A stretch of 62,623 nt of DNA, filler included. It is 7 parts of 7 records of this genome, joined end to end, with 100 filler letters (N's around TTAATTAATTAA, not from the genome) between each part and the next. Parts side by side here need not be neighbours in the genome. Positions count along the whole stretch, not along the records: positions 10,497 to 27,565 come from SRR31156797_13112; positions 27,666 to 35,646 come from SRR31156797_13118; 5 more parts are not named here. One strand, given 5' to 3'. This document shows, piece after piece, positions 20,827 to 31,394 of the stretch. Under the pieces are notes generated by a model. That model made no database searches. It was not told where the DNA came from and was given only the letters and a program-made list of their open reading frames with translations. Every line of letters starts with the position of its first letter. Position 1 is the stretch's first letter. A program made the position numbers and the translations under genes.

Positions 20827-21270
20827 TTATCCTAAAAGTTTTTTTACCATCTCATTGATTCGTTTTCCATCAGCTCCACCACCGATCTTCTCTTTTGCTG
20901 GTCCCATGATTTTTCCCATATCTTTCATACTTGTTGCACCAACCTCTTCAATAATAGTTTTCATAGCTACTTCAAGCTCTTCATCACTTAATTGTTTTGG
21001 AAGGTATTGTGAAAAAATATCGATTTGTCCTTGCTCTTTTTCTACTAAGTCATCTCTGCTTGCAGTTTTAAACTGCTCAATCGCTTCTTGTCTTTGTTTG
21101 ATCCCTTTTTGGATCAGTTTAATGATCTCAGCATCATCAAGATCAACTCTTTGATCCACTTCAATTTGTTTAATCATAGTATTAATAGCTCTAATTGCAT
21201 CTCTTTTTACAATCTCTTTAGCTCTCATTGCATCTTTAAGATCTGATTTTAGTTGTTCTTTTAGTGACAT
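20827..21270 (-). CDS. GatB/YqeY domain protein
   Basis: LKDAMRAK...YLPKQLS...DMGKIMG...ADGK pattern; 147 aa. Confidence 0.92.
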   Translation of the reverse strand: MSLKEQLKSDLKDAMRAKEIVKRDAIRAINTMIKQIEVDQRVDLDDAEIIKLIQKGIKQRQEAIEQFKTASRDDLVEKEQGQIDIFSQYLPKQLSDEELEVAMKTIIEEVGATSMKDMGKIMGPAKEKIGGGADGKRINEMVKKLLG

Positions 21271-21378
21271 AAAAAATTCCTTTATTGGTAGTAAAAGGAT
21301 TATAGCAAATAAAATATTAACTGTTAATCATTTAAATGATACAATTTGTTCACTATTCTTAGAAAAAAGCGAAGTGAG

Positions 21379-23589
21379 ATGAATATTAATACCAATACTT
21401 TATTAAATATGCTCAACCCTGGACTTGCAAATGTTATATCACAAAAAATAGATGATGCAAGTATTGATGGAAAAGTAAATTTAGGGAATGTGGCACAAGA
21501 TAAAACAATTCAATCACTTCTTAATGGTTTATTTAAAGATATTGCAAGTGGAGCTCAAAATAAACAGCAGGTTTTAAATCTTTTACAAAACTCTGAGCAA
21601 TCTTTGAGTTTTAAAAATCTTTCAACTGATATAAAAGGTTTACTTACTACTATACAAAGTAATTCAAATCTCAGTAGTAATTTGACCCAGCAAGTGAGTG
21701 CATTACAAAACTCCCTCCTTGATCTTGGGAAAGTTGATTTTAATAGTTTAAAAACTTCATTAAATAATAGTGGAGTATTTTTAGAATCAAAACTTTTAGC
21801 TCAAAATACCCCTTTGACAAAAAATTTATCTGCAACGGTGCAGAATCTTACTAATCTTTTAAATACTATTGTCTCAAAAGGTAATATTACTGAGCCAAAT
21901 CCAGCTTTGATCCAAAAACAGATCAGTACTATACTTACTCAACAAAACTTAACTGATGAGATGGTAAACAGTACAAAAAATATGGCAAATACACTTTTAA
22001 AAGATATCTCTCTTTTGCAAAATAGCTTAAAATCAGAACCTCAAAGTATGCAGAGTGTTCAAAAGATATTGAGCTCTTTAGAGGGGATACTAAAAAATGT
22101 AGGACTTAATCCTAGTCCTAATAGTGAAGCAAATGCAAATTTAAAAATGGATCCACAAGGAACCCAAAAAACAGATCTTGTTACAAATCTCAAAACACTT
22201 TTTCACGCAAATCAAACTCTCCCAAATACTACAAATGTAAAAGAGTTAGTACAAACCCATTTACAGCAAATACGAATAGCTCCAGATATTCCTCATGATA
22301 TAAAACTAGAAGTCAAAAATGCTGTTGAGACTCTTTTAAGACAAGCAAATATGTTTCAAGAGCATCAAATCCCAGTGAATAAAAACATGATAGCTGATGT
22401 GGAGCAAAATATCTCTAAACTCCAACAGACTTTGGAGTCTTTAAAATTACCCACAAATATAAAAGAGGAAACTGTAAGTGGACTTAAACAGATCTTTCAA
22501 ACATTAGATACTTCAAAGCTTCAAGTCCCTCAAACTCAAATGGTTCAAAACTCTTTAACTCAAGTGATGATGAATAACAATGTGCCTGATGATATAAAAT
22601 TAGAAGTAAAAACTGCAGTAGAAAACCTCCTAAGACAAGCCAATTTACCAACAGCTTCAAAACAAGTTTCCTTTCAGCAAGCATTGACTCAAAGTATAAA
22701 AAGTGGAGTGGAAAGTCTGGAGCAAAATCTTTTACAACAAGGATTTAAAACTGATACTACTACACAAATTAAAGGGATGCTTTTAAATAGCTTTGATCAA
22801 GTAAATATCAAAACAGAGCTTAGTAATCTTCGAACCACTCTTTTAGTACTTCATAGTAGCATTGAAGAGGGAGTTTCAGATGTGGAGCAAAAAGCAACTT
22901 TAAAAGAGCAGGTTCAAAATCTTTTAGTACAGCATAAAAGTGTTGCTGCATCAAAGAATATAGCAGAGCAATTACCACAGCTCAATCAGCTTTTACAAAA
23001 TATGAAAGGGTTTGAACATAAACTTGATAGTTTTTTAGCAAATGTTCAACAACAAAAAATGATCCCAAAGGAGATAGCAAGTGATCTCAAAGTAGTGGTT
23101 TCTCAAATCCAAGAGCAAGTAGAAAAGTCTAATGAACCAGTTGCTAAGGAGCTTAGAGCTTTAGTAGATAGGATAAGTTCTCAGATTGATTATTTTCAGC
23201 TCCTTTCATATACCTCAAACTCTTCTCATACCTATCTTTCATTTTTACAAGATACAATTGAAGATGCTGATATAAAATTTCATAAATCAGATGATGATAC
23301 TTTTTCATGTCAGATCAATCTAAGCTTAAAAGAACAAGGTGATGTAAAGATCTTACTTCTTTTAGATAAAGAGGTGAATCTTGGAGTAACTATTGGGGTT
23401 GATAATAATAACTTTAAACAGAAGATCAGTAACAATTTACAGACTTTAAGACAAGGTTTAAATAAAGCTGGATTATTATTGCAATCTTTAAATATATTTG
23501 AACTTGATGAGAATAAATCACAAATGAATAAAGTAAACAGCTACCATGGAGATAGCCATGCAAGTTTTGGATTGGATCTCAAAGCATGA
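21379..23589 (+). CDS. FliK-like (hook-length-control-type) protein
   Basis: Long Q/N/L-rich region, SGVFLESKL motif, FliK_C-like C-terminus, stop overlapping an FlhB-C homologue. ATG 21379 preferred over TTG 21346. Confidence 0.65.
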   Translation: MNINTNTLLNMLNPGLANVISQKIDDASIDGKVNLGNVAQDKTIQSLLNGLFKDIASGAQNKQQVLNLLQNSEQSLSFKNLSTDIKGLLTTIQSNSNLSSNLTQQVSALQNSLLDLGKVDFNSLKTSLNNSGVFLESKLLAQNTPLTKNLSATVQNLTNLLNTIVSKGNITEPNPALIQKQISTILTQQNLTDEMVNSTKNMANTLLKDISLLQNSLKSEPQSMQSVQKILSSLEGILKNVGLNPSPNSEANANLKMDPQGTQKTDLVTNLKTLFHANQTLPNTTNVKELVQTHLQQIRIAPDIPHDIKLEVKNAVETLLRQANMFQEHQIPVNKNMIADVEQNISKLQQTLESLKLPTNIKEETVSGLKQIFQTLDTSKLQVPQTQMVQNSLTQVMMNNNVPDDIKLEVKTAVENLLRQANLPTASKQVSFQQALTQSIKSGVESLEQNLLQQGFKTDTTTQIKGMLLNSFDQVNIKTELSNLRTTLLVLHSSIEEGVSDVEQKATLKEQVQNLLVQHKSVAASKNIAEQLPQLNQLLQNMKGFEHKLDSFLANVQQQKMIPKEIASDLKVVVSQIQEQVEKSNEPVAKELRALVDRISSQIDYFQLLSYTSNSSHTYLSFLQDTIEDADIKFHKSDDDTFSCQINLSLKEQGDVKILLLLDKEVNLGVTIGVDNNNFKQKISNNLQTLRQGLNKAGLLLQSLNIFELDENKSQMNKVNSYHGDSHASFGLDLKA

Positions 23590-23888
23590 TTGAAAAGCAG
23601 TTTTTAAAAAAAGCAGCCGCGTTAAAGTATGATAAAGAGAAAGATCATGCACCAAAACTAACAGCTAGCGGAAAAGGTGAGACGGCAAAGACTATTATTA
23701 AAATTGCTGAACAAAATGGGATCCCTATAAAACAAGATGAGGATCTTGTGAATATGTTAAGTGAAATTGAGCTTAATCAAGAGATACCAGTGGAACTTTA
23801 TAAAGCAGTAGCAGAGATATTTAGTTTTATCTATGGGATATCAAATGAGAGTGGGATGAAGATGGATGAAAAAAAACATATCAAATGA
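23586..23888 (+). CDS. FlhB C-terminal-like protein (FlhX/YlqH type)
   Basis: KAAALKYD...APKLTASGKG...EIPVELYKAVAEIF; 100 aa. Confidence 0.9.
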   Translation: MIEKQFLKKAAALKYDKEKDHAPKLTASGKGETAKTIIKIAEQNGIPIKQDEDLVNMLSEIELNQEIPVELYKAVAEIFSFIYGISNESGMKMDEKKHIK

Positions 23889-24351
23889 CCTAACACTTTT
23901 TTTTACTCCCTGTTATCCTTATAAAATAACAAGTATATCAACGAAGAAAAACTTGATCTATATTGGAATAGGTGGTAATGTGGGAGATACAAAAAGGCTT
24001 TTTCATAAGCTTTTTGAGGTTTTAAAAGGGGATGCACGTTTTGATATTTTACAAACTGCTCCTATTTTAAAAAATCCTCCTTTTGGTTTTTTAGAACAAA
24101 ACGATTTTTATAATAGCGTGATAGTTTTAAAAAGTGATCTATCTGCTATGCAAAGTTTAAGAGAGTTTCAAAGATTGGAAAAAAGGTTTAGACGGGTACG
24201 AAGTTTTAAAGATGCTCCAAGAACTCTAGATATAGATATCCTTTTTTTTAACTCTCAAAAAATAAATTTAGAAAAACTTATAGTTCCTCATCCAAAATTT
24301 TATGAGAGAATAAGTGTTCTTTTACCTCTACAGTTTGTTTTATCAGTATAA
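23866..24351 (+). CDS. folK: 2-amino-4-hydroxy-6-hydroxymethyldihydropteridine pyrophosphokinase
   Basis: YIGIGGNVG, Q.DFYN, PRTLDIDIL, LIVPHP motifs. Confidence 0.93.
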   Translation: MKKNISNDLTLFFTPCYPYKITSISTKKNLIYIGIGGNVGDTKRLFHKLFEVLKGDARFDILQTAPILKNPPFGFLEQNDFYNSVIVLKSDLSAMQSLREFQRLEKRFRRVRSFKDAPRTLDIDILFFNSQKINLEKLIVPHPKFYERISVLLPLQFVLSV

Positions 24352-24395
24352 ATTGGTTAGAATATTGTAACTTTTATTTTGATATTAAGGGTAAT

Positions 24396-25838
24396 ATGTC
24401 TCAATCAACAGATAAAAATAATCAAGTGCTAAAAGAGATTATTAATAACTCTTGGAGTGGAATCGGTATTATGAACTATGATAGTAGTTTAATCTTTACC
24501 AATGAAGCTTTTAAACCTATTTTAGGGTATAAAAAAGAGGAACTTCAAGGGACAAAATTTAGTGATCTAGTCTTGTCAAAATATCGAAATGAATTCTTTA
24601 ATCTCCTTGAAAGTCATAAAGAGAATGAGTATGTAAATAATATGCTTGTAGGGTGTCAAAGAAAAGATAATCAAACAGTATATCTAGACATCTCCATCAA
24701 GCAGATGAAAAATCAAAAATTTATTGTAATAAATATTAATGATGTGACAAAAAATATTTCAGACCATGAGATTTATGATCGTTATGTGATCCAGCTTCAT
24801 ATTGATACAAAAGGGAAAATATATGAAGTGAGTGAAGCATTTTGTAAACTTACTCTTTTTAAAGAAGAAGAGCTTCTCGGAAAGTCATATGAGTTTTTAA
24901 TAGATGATGAACACAATGATGAAAAACTTTTTGAATCAGGGGTACAGCAGTTTCAAACACAGGGACAATTTACAGGCATAGTGATCATCAAAAGTAAACA
25001 AGATGAAACTCTTTGGGTAGATGTGATTGTAAAAGCTATTAAAAATAAATATGGTGATATCACAGGGTACAGTGCCGTAATGTTTGATATAACTCATCAG
25101 ATAAGGCTAGAAAAAAATACTGAAGTATTAGAAGAGACGATTATTGATAATCTAGAAAAATTAAAGATCATGTCTCAAACTATGCGTACAGTTGCCCATG
25201 AATGGAGACAGCCTCTAAATGCGATCTCTTTAAATGCTCAAAACCTTTTGGTCTCGTACCAATTGATGGGGGAGAGTGTATCAGGAGATGAAGCAATACC
25301 TATTTTACAAGATGTTCAAAATCAGATACAAGAGCTTTCAGAAGTAATTAGTCAGTTTCAATATGTGACAGAGTTTCATGAGGAGTTTGTGACAGTTTCT
25401 TTAGATGAAGTGATGCAAAAAGCTTTAGATTTTGCAGTGATCGATAAAAATATCACTAAGTATAGATCAACACAATTAGAACTCTATACGTGTAAAAATG
25501 CTTTATCAAAAGCTATTATCTCTATTTTAAATAATGCTCAAGAAGCTATTGATAAAAGAGCTAGTAAAGCACCGTTTATTGAAATAAAAACAGAAGAGAA
25601 AAGTGATTCTTTATTTATCAAGATATCAAACAATGGTGGAAATATAGCCGATGAGGTGATAGATGATATTTTTAACCCTTATTTTAGTACAAAAGAGGAA
25701 CGAAATGGAGTAGGGCTTAGTTTGTATATAGTGAAAATGATCATAGAGTTTCATCTAAAAGGGAAGATCAGTGTAAAAAATCTTGATAATTCAAGAGTTG
25801 AATTTAGTATAAAGTTACCAAAAGAGGATAGAAAATGA
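24396..25838 (+). CDS. Cytoplasmic PAS-PAS sensor histidine kinase
   Basis: Two PAS domains, AHEWRQPLN H-box typical of Campylobacterota, NNGG, PYFSTK, GVGLSL. Confidence 0.88.
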   Translation: MSQSTDKNNQVLKEIINNSWSGIGIMNYDSSLIFTNEAFKPILGYKKEELQGTKFSDLVLSKYRNEFFNLLESHKENEYVNNMLVGCQRKDNQTVYLDISIKQMKNQKFIVININDVTKNISDHEIYDRYVIQLHIDTKGKIYEVSEAFCKLTLFKEEELLGKSYEFLIDDEHNDEKLFESGVQQFQTQGQFTGIVIIKSKQDETLWVDVIVKAIKNKYGDITGYSAVMFDITHQIRLEKNTEVLEETIIDNLEKLKIMSQTMRTVAHEWRQPLNAISLNAQNLLVSYQLMGESVSGDEAIPILQDVQNQIQELSEVISQFQYVTEFHEEFVTVSLDEVMQKALDFAVIDKNITKYRSTQLELYTCKNALSKAIISILNNAQEAIDKRASKAPFIEIKTEEKSDSLFIKISNNGGNIADEVIDDIFNPYFSTKEERNGVGLSLYIVKMIIEFHLKGKISVKNLDNSRVEFSIKLPKEDRK

Positions 25839-26554
25839 TAGTGATTCCAGCACGTTTAAATAGTAGTCGATTTGAAAATAAGATATTAGTGGATATTCTT
25901 GGAGTCCCTATGGTTATAAAAACTGCCCAGCAAGTAGCCTCTTTAGATAGAGTAGTAATAGCAACTGATACACAAGAGGTAATAGATCTAGCACAAGAGT
26001 ATAATATTGAAGCAGTTTTAACTTCAAAAGATCATGGAAGTGGAACAGATCGTATCAATGAAGCGGTGAATACTCTTGGACTTGATGAAAATGAAGTGGT
26101 GATCAATGTACAAGCGGATGAACCATTTATAGAAAAAGAGGTGGTTCAAGCGGTTATCGATAAGGTAAAAGAGCATCAAAATGATCCTTTTACGATGGTG
26201 AGTTGTTATAAAGCGATTGATTCAAATTTAGCAGATGATCCCAACCATGTAAAGGTGGTATGTGACCATGAAGATACTGCTATCTATTTTTCTCGTGCAA
26301 AGATCCCTTATCACAGAGACCATTATAACAATGAACCATACAAAGGGCACCTTGGGATCTATGGATTTACAAAAAAAAGTTTAAATCAGTTTTGTAACTT
26401 TGAAGCATCTATCTTAGAAAAAGTAGAAAAACTTGAACAATTACGAGCAATCTCTAATGGAAAAACCATTAAAATGGTAGCAGTAGAATCAAAGAGCTTT
26501 GGGATAGATACCAAAGAGGATCTTGAAAATGCAATTAAATTATTTGGAAACTAG
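25835..26554 (+). CDS. kdsB: 3-deoxy-manno-octulosonate cytidylyltransferase
   Basis: VIPARLNSSRF, SGTDR, NVQADEP, YFSR, HLGIYG, EKLEQLRA. Confidence 0.95.
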   Translation: MIVIPARLNSSRFENKILVDILGVPMVIKTAQQVASLDRVVIATDTQEVIDLAQEYNIEAVLTSKDHGSGTDRINEAVNTLGLDENEVVINVQADEPFIEKEVVQAVIDKVKEHQNDPFTMVSCYKAIDSNLADDPNHVKVVCDHEDTAIYFSRAKIPYHRDHYNNEPYKGHLGIYGFTKKSLNQFCNFEASILEKVEKLEQLRAISNGKTIKMVAVESKSFGIDTKEDLENAIKLFGN

Positions 26555-26557
26555 ATT

Positions 26558-27565
26558 ATGGATAAAAGTTTTTTAAAAGAGATCACTTTATTATATGTGG
26601 AGGATGAGGTAGAGGTACTTGATCTAACAAGTGATATTTTAAGAAAGTTTTTTAAAAATGTTTTTACTGCCAAAAATGGTATGGAGGGATTGACTCTTTT
26701 TAAACAACATAATCAAGATGATAATAGTCTTGAAAAAATAGATCTTGTAGTGACTGATATTAATATGCCAAAAATGAATGGTTTGGAGATGATAGAAGAG
26801 CTTCAAAAAATTGATCACTCTGTTCCTCCTGTTATTACAACTGCACATACAGATACAGATTTTTTGAAAAAATCAATTAATCTTAATGTACGAGGATATG
26901 TAACGAAGCCTTTAAATATTACTCAGCTTATAGATACTATTGCCTATGCAGTTGAGCCAAAATATTTAAAAGAGAGACTTGAAAGGTTTAATGAAGATCT
27001 CCAAAATAAAGTTGAAGAGAAAACTTTGGAGCTTCGTTCAATTCTTGATTTTCAAGAGAATATGATCCTTGTATTAGATGAAAGTATTATCTCTTCAGCG
27101 AATAAGCGATTTTTAGACTTTTTTGGTGTTGAAAATATAGAAGAGTTTAAAAATACAAAAAAGATATATGAGTATTTTATTCATCAAAATGGATACTTTA
27201 CCACATCAAATGAAGAGTGGCTCTCAGAGATTATCCAAAGAGAGGATAAAGATAGAGTTATAAAGATGAAAGATCTTAATGAAAAAGAGAAAGTATTTCG
27301 TATAGATATCAGGTCATATGAGCATAAAACAAAACACTATGTGGTCTCTTTTACTGATATTACGGAGCTTCAAAAATATAATAATGAACTCCAATACCAA
27401 GCAACCCATGATAATCTAACCAAGCTTTATAACAGACAAAAGTTTAATGATGAACTAGACAAAGAGATCCTAAGAGAAAATAGATACCAACATAATCTCT
27501 CCATCATTATGTTTGATATAGATAACTTTAAAAAAGTCAATGATACTTTTGGACATGATATTGGA
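26558..27565 (+). CDS. Receiver-PAS-GGDEF response regulator / diguanylate cyclase, truncated
   Basis: Receiver (LYVEDE, TDINMP), PAS-like middle, then HDNLTKLYNR and DIDNFKKVNDTFGH; cut by the linker before the GGDEF motif. Confidence 0.87.
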
Positions 27566-27665
27566 NNNNNNNNNNNNNNNNNNNNNNNNNNNNNNNNNNN
27601 NNNNNNNNNTTAATTAATTAANNNNNNNNNNNNNNNNNNNNNNNNNNNNNNNNNNNNNNNNNNNN
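27566..27665. other. Artificial contig linker
   Basis: N44-TTAATTAATTAA-N44. Confidence 0.97.
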
Positions 27666-27696
27666 AAAAGGGCATCCGATCGGATGCCCTTTTTTA
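27666..27696. terminator. Intrinsic terminator, probably bidirectional, after the PpiD-like gene
   Basis: AAAAGGGCATCCGATCGGATGCCCTTTTTT: perfect GC-rich palindrome flanked by A and T tracts. Confidence 0.8.
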
Positions 27697-27719
27697 TTTT
27701 CGGGTTGGTTAATTGGTTT

Positions 27720-29840
27720 TTAATAAACCCTCAACCTGTTATCTTCAATATTTGCTTTTTCTTTCAGTGCATTAACGTAGGAAGATCCCATAAACTGCGA
27801 TGTGAATTTACGTTCAACAATACCTACGTTTGCTGTATAATCAGTTTTATCTTCCGGATTTTTAATTTCATCAGCAATTACAACAAATACGGCATTATTT
27901 CCTTTGATTGGCCCTGAGTTTACACCTGGTTCCAGGGTAAAAATCTTTCCAATCAATTCGTATTCGCTTCCAAAGCCCGGAAGGTTCCTAGAAGTAAAGC
28001 TAATTGTTGTTGTATCTACGCTTTGTTCCAGTTTGTCTGCAATTTCATAAAGATCCATGGTTCCGAAGAAATTAATACGTTCAGAAAGAATATCAGCTTT
28101 TTTCTGGTTTAGCACAATTGGCCTGATTTGTTCTTTAACATCAACAAATGGAGTTATACCTTCTTCGTTAACCTGTTTGAGTGCAGCAACAACATATTTT
28201 TTGTCATCTTCAATCACCGGAGAAACATCACCCACGCTGGTGGTTTCTGAAAACGCCCAACGAATAATCTGACGTGCATTCTGCAGTCCTGCTAACCTGT
28301 TCGACATCCTGGTGAGGTTGTCAGACGAACGTTTGTTAAGGCCTTGGTTAACTACTGCAGTATCGAACTTTTCATATGTGTTATTTGTGCCTGCAAAAAT
28401 GCTGGCCTCTAAATACTTTTCCTGGAAAGTTTCGTTGCTCGGCTCAATGGCACGTGTAATCATTGCAACCCTGGCTTTCTCAATGGGATCGGTTTTCTCG
28501 TTTACTTTGATAAGGTGAAAACCCAGTGTGGTTTCAATTTTATCAACCGTACCGGATTTCATGGTATAGCCATTACTGTAATACGGCCCAAAACCGGGAG
28601 TTCCGTCAATTACCCAACCCATATCACCTTTATCGTCAGCCGCACTTGGAAAATCGGAAAATTCCACTGCCATATCCTCAAATTTTGACGGATCTTTATC
28701 GAGCACATTTTGCAGGCTGTCAACTAGTTTTTCGGCTTCTTCACGAGGCCTGTCAGTCAGTCCCTGTGCTGCCGGAGCATTGGCATATGTAATCAAAATC
28801 TGGCTCATTTTTAATGAATCCGGGCGCTCTTCACGATTAACCAGTTTGGCAATGTGGTAAATTTCATTTTCAATATACGGGCCAACCATAGTGCCCATAT
28901 CTGAGGTGAACATCTGTTCGGCTATCCGTGCCGGAAGTTCTGATTGTTTTTTGTAGGTGCTGTCATAGTCATCATCCGAAACTGAATTCACAAACACTTC
29001 CACATCTGATATTTCCTTAAATTCATTGTAAAGGTCATTAACTGTGTTGGCGATTTGTTTACGGTCTTCAGCTGAGGGCTGAACTTCAAAAATTACATAA
29101 TCGATGCCGCGGGTTTCATCCTGCTCGTAACGATATTGATGCTCGGAATAATAGCTTTGGAGTTCGCTGTCCGTTACTTCAACAAGCGAATCGGCAACAG
29201 AAGCAAACCGGGCGGCAACAAACCTGATATCGGCAGATGTGTTTTTCTGGACATAGTCCAGTTTGGCAAATTGCTCAGGCACATAATAACCCTTGGTGAT
29301 TAAGTTGGTGAACTTGGTTCGCATGCGATCTTTTTTCACCAGCGATTCCAGGTTTAAATACCTGCGTTTCATATCCGGGTTCTGGTTGTCAAGATTCGAA
29401 AGAAAATTGCGCAACATTTCCGGGTCGAAGGTATTTGTGTTCGGGTTGGTAAATGATTGTTTAACGTACTGATGCGGGTCATCTCCTAAAATCTGATCCG
29501 AAAGCTCATCGGGAGTTACGGTAAGTCCAAGTTTTTCCAATTCTTCCTTAAGCAGGATTTCTTCAACCATTTCGTTCCAAACCGCTTGCCTGATTTGAAA
29601 TATATCTTGTGGGTCGAGTTTTTCTGTTTGTCGCTGGTTCCTGGTGGCTTCAATACGTTCTTCAACTTTGTTTTCAAAATCGATGATTGATATTTCTGTA
29701 CCGTCAACAGTGCCGATGGTCTGGCTGGGCCTGCTGGCTGAAGGTTTCAAAAAGTCGCCAAGTACAAAAGCTGCAAGGGCAATCCCAACTATTACAATAA
29801 GTAATCCTGAATGTTTTCTAATTTGTCCAATTACTGCCAT
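27720..29840 (-). CDS. PpiD/SurA-like membrane-anchored peptidyl-prolyl isomerase/chaperone
   Basis: MAVIGQIRKHSGLLIVIVGIALAAFVLGD start typical of the Bacteroidota family; parvulin-like region (SQILI...FSD...GDMGW...ETTLGFHLI). Start moved to ATG 29840. Confidence 0.85.
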   Translation of the reverse strand: MAVIGQIRKHSGLLIVIVGIALAAFVLGDFLKPSASRPSQTIGTVDGTEISIIDFENKVEERIEATRNQRQTEKLDPQDIFQIRQAVWNEMVEEILLKEELEKLGLTVTPDELSDQILGDDPHQYVKQSFTNPNTNTFDPEMLRNFLSNLDNQNPDMKRRYLNLESLVKKDRMRTKFTNLITKGYYVPEQFAKLDYVQKNTSADIRFVAARFASVADSLVEVTDSELQSYYSEHQYRYEQDETRGIDYVIFEVQPSAEDRKQIANTVNDLYNEFKEISDVEVFVNSVSDDDYDSTYKKQSELPARIAEQMFTSDMGTMVGPYIENEIYHIAKLVNREERPDSLKMSQILITYANAPAAQGLTDRPREEAEKLVDSLQNVLDKDPSKFEDMAVEFSDFPSAADDKGDMGWVIDGTPGFGPYYSNGYTMKSGTVDKIETTLGFHLIKVNEKTDPIEKARVAMITRAIEPSNETFQEKYLEASIFAGTNNTYEKFDTAVVNQGLNKRSSDNLTRMSNRLAGLQNARQIIRWAFSETTSVGDVSPVIEDDKKYVVAALKQVNEEGITPFVDVKEQIRPIVLNQKKADILSERINFFGTMDLYEIADKLEQSVDTTTISFTSRNLPGFGSEYELIGKIFTLEPGVNSGPIKGNNAVFVVIADEIKNPEDKTDYTANVGIVERKFTSQFMGSSYVNALKEKANIEDNRLRVY

Positions 29841-29867
29841 TTTGATGCATTTTTTTAAAAGTGGGTG

Positions 29868-29875
29868 CAAAAATA
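29868..29875 (-). promoter_or_regulatory. Bacteroidota housekeeping promoter -7 element (TAnnTTTG)
   Basis: Minus strand TATTTTTG(CA) about 30 nt upstream of ATG 29840. The same motif precedes the genes starting at 2766, 4260, 31327 and 33402. Confidence 0.6.
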
Positions 29876-30064
29876 CAATAGATAATTTAACAGGAAAGTT
29901 TTTTTTGTTTTTATCGCGTTAAATCATTAAAAATTAGAAATTACGGGCACTTTCTATTCGGATTTCAGCACTTTTTTGAATCCGGTTATGAATTTAAGGA
30001 TACAATCCGGAGCAGGACTCCGGGAATGTTGTAAAAAAAATCCTGAATAATAGACGAACGGATA

Positions 30065-31327
30065 CTAATTATCAATGATAAGCTTCACCTTTTCGATGCG
30101 CGTATCGCCGGCCTCCAGAATTTCAAACACAAGGTCTTTTAAAATGATTGTTTCGTTTAAAGACGGGATGCTTTGGTGATGATGAATAATTAAACCGGCC
30201 AGGGTCTCATATTCTTCTGATTCAGGCAGGTTGAGCTGGTAATTTTCATTCAGGTAGTCAATTTCAAGCCTTGCCGAAAAAATAAATTCCGTTTCACTTA
30301 ACTGCTTTTCAGTAAGATCCTCAAAATCAAATTCGTCGTCAATTTCACCAAAAATTTCCTCTATTACATCTTCCATGGTAACAATACCTGATGTGCCGCC
30401 AAATTCATCCACGACCACTGCAATGCTTTTATTTTGCGCTATAAACATCGACAGAACAACATTGGCCAGCATGGTTTCGGGAACAACGATAATGGGCCTG
30501 AAAAGTGATTTGATGGTTTGCGGACTCTTAAAAATATCTGCAGCATGCGTGTATCCAATGATATTATCGATGGAATCACGGTAAATCGGAATTTTTGAAT
30601 GCCCTGATTTAATGAATGCTTTTCGCAGATTTTCAACCGAATCATTTTCATCCAAAGCCACAATTTCAGTACGAGGGATCATACATTCCCGCAATTTCAC
30701 ATTTCTGAAATCGATGGCATTCTGAAACATCTGGATTTCTTGGTGTACTTCTTCCTGACTTGAATAATCCGGAGAAAATTCCTTGAGGTAATTATCCAGG
30801 TCAACCACACTGAAAACAAGGTTGTCGCGCGTGAATTTAATTTTAATGAATCGTTTCAGGATAGATTCAGAAAGGCCAATGTACAGGTATATTAATGGAT
30901 AGAAAATGTAATAAAAGATTGCTGTGGGCAGCGCAAATAGCTTTAGAATGGAGTTGGAGTTGATCCTGAAAAAGATTTTGGGAAGAAACTCTGCAACGAC
31001 CAAAACAAGTAGTGTAGCCAAAATGGTTTGGATGATTAAGTGCAGGGTTTCGCTGCCCAGGCCTGGAAGCAATTGAAATATTGCCGGCTCAAGAATCCGT
31101 GCCATGGCGATACCATAAATTACGAGCGCCACATTATTTCCCAGTAAAAGTGCTCCGATAAACCGGGATGGCATCCTGTTGAACCTTGAAATAATCCTGG
31201 CTGCAAGGTTCCCCTTGTTTTTATCAACTTCAATTTTCAGGCGGTTTGAGCTCACAAAAGCGATTTCCATGCCTGAGAACAAGGCCGACATTAAAAGACT
31301 TATAACAATGATTAACAGGTCGCTCAT
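30065..31327 (-). CDS. HlyC/CorC (CNNM-CBS-CorC) family transporter
   Basis: FSGMEIAF, AEFLPK, CBS pair (MIPR, SKIPIY), VVVDEFGGTSGIVTMEDVIEEIFGEI, CorC_HlyC tail. Confidence 0.92.
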   Translation of the reverse strand: MSDLLIIVISLLMSALFSGMEIAFVSSNRLKIEVDKNKGNLAARIISRFNRMPSRFIGALLLGNNVALVIYGIAMARILEPAIFQLLPGLGSETLHLIIQTILATLLVLVVAEFLPKIFFRINSNSILKLFALPTAIFYYIFYPLIYLYIGLSESILKRFIKIKFTRDNLVFSVVDLDNYLKEFSPDYSSQEEVHQEIQMFQNAIDFRNVKLRECMIPRTEIVALDENDSVENLRKAFIKSGHSKIPIYRDSIDNIIGYTHAADIFKSPQTIKSLFRPIIVVPETMLANVVLSMFIAQNKSIAVVVDEFGGTSGIVTMEDVIEEIFGEIDDEFDFEDLTEKQLSETEFIFSARLEIDYLNENYQLNLPESEEYETLAGLIIHHHQSIPSLNETIILKDLVFEILEAGDTRIEKVKLIIDN

Positions 31328-31394
31328 TAAGAATGATATAAAACTATCTGCAAAAGTATAAACATTTTATAATTGCTATTTGGATGGGTTAAGA

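Noticed and set aside
29841-29870. Upstream TTG start of the PpiD-like gene
   Set aside because: That TTG is part of the TAnnTTTG promoter element; family-typical start is MAVIGQIR at 29840.
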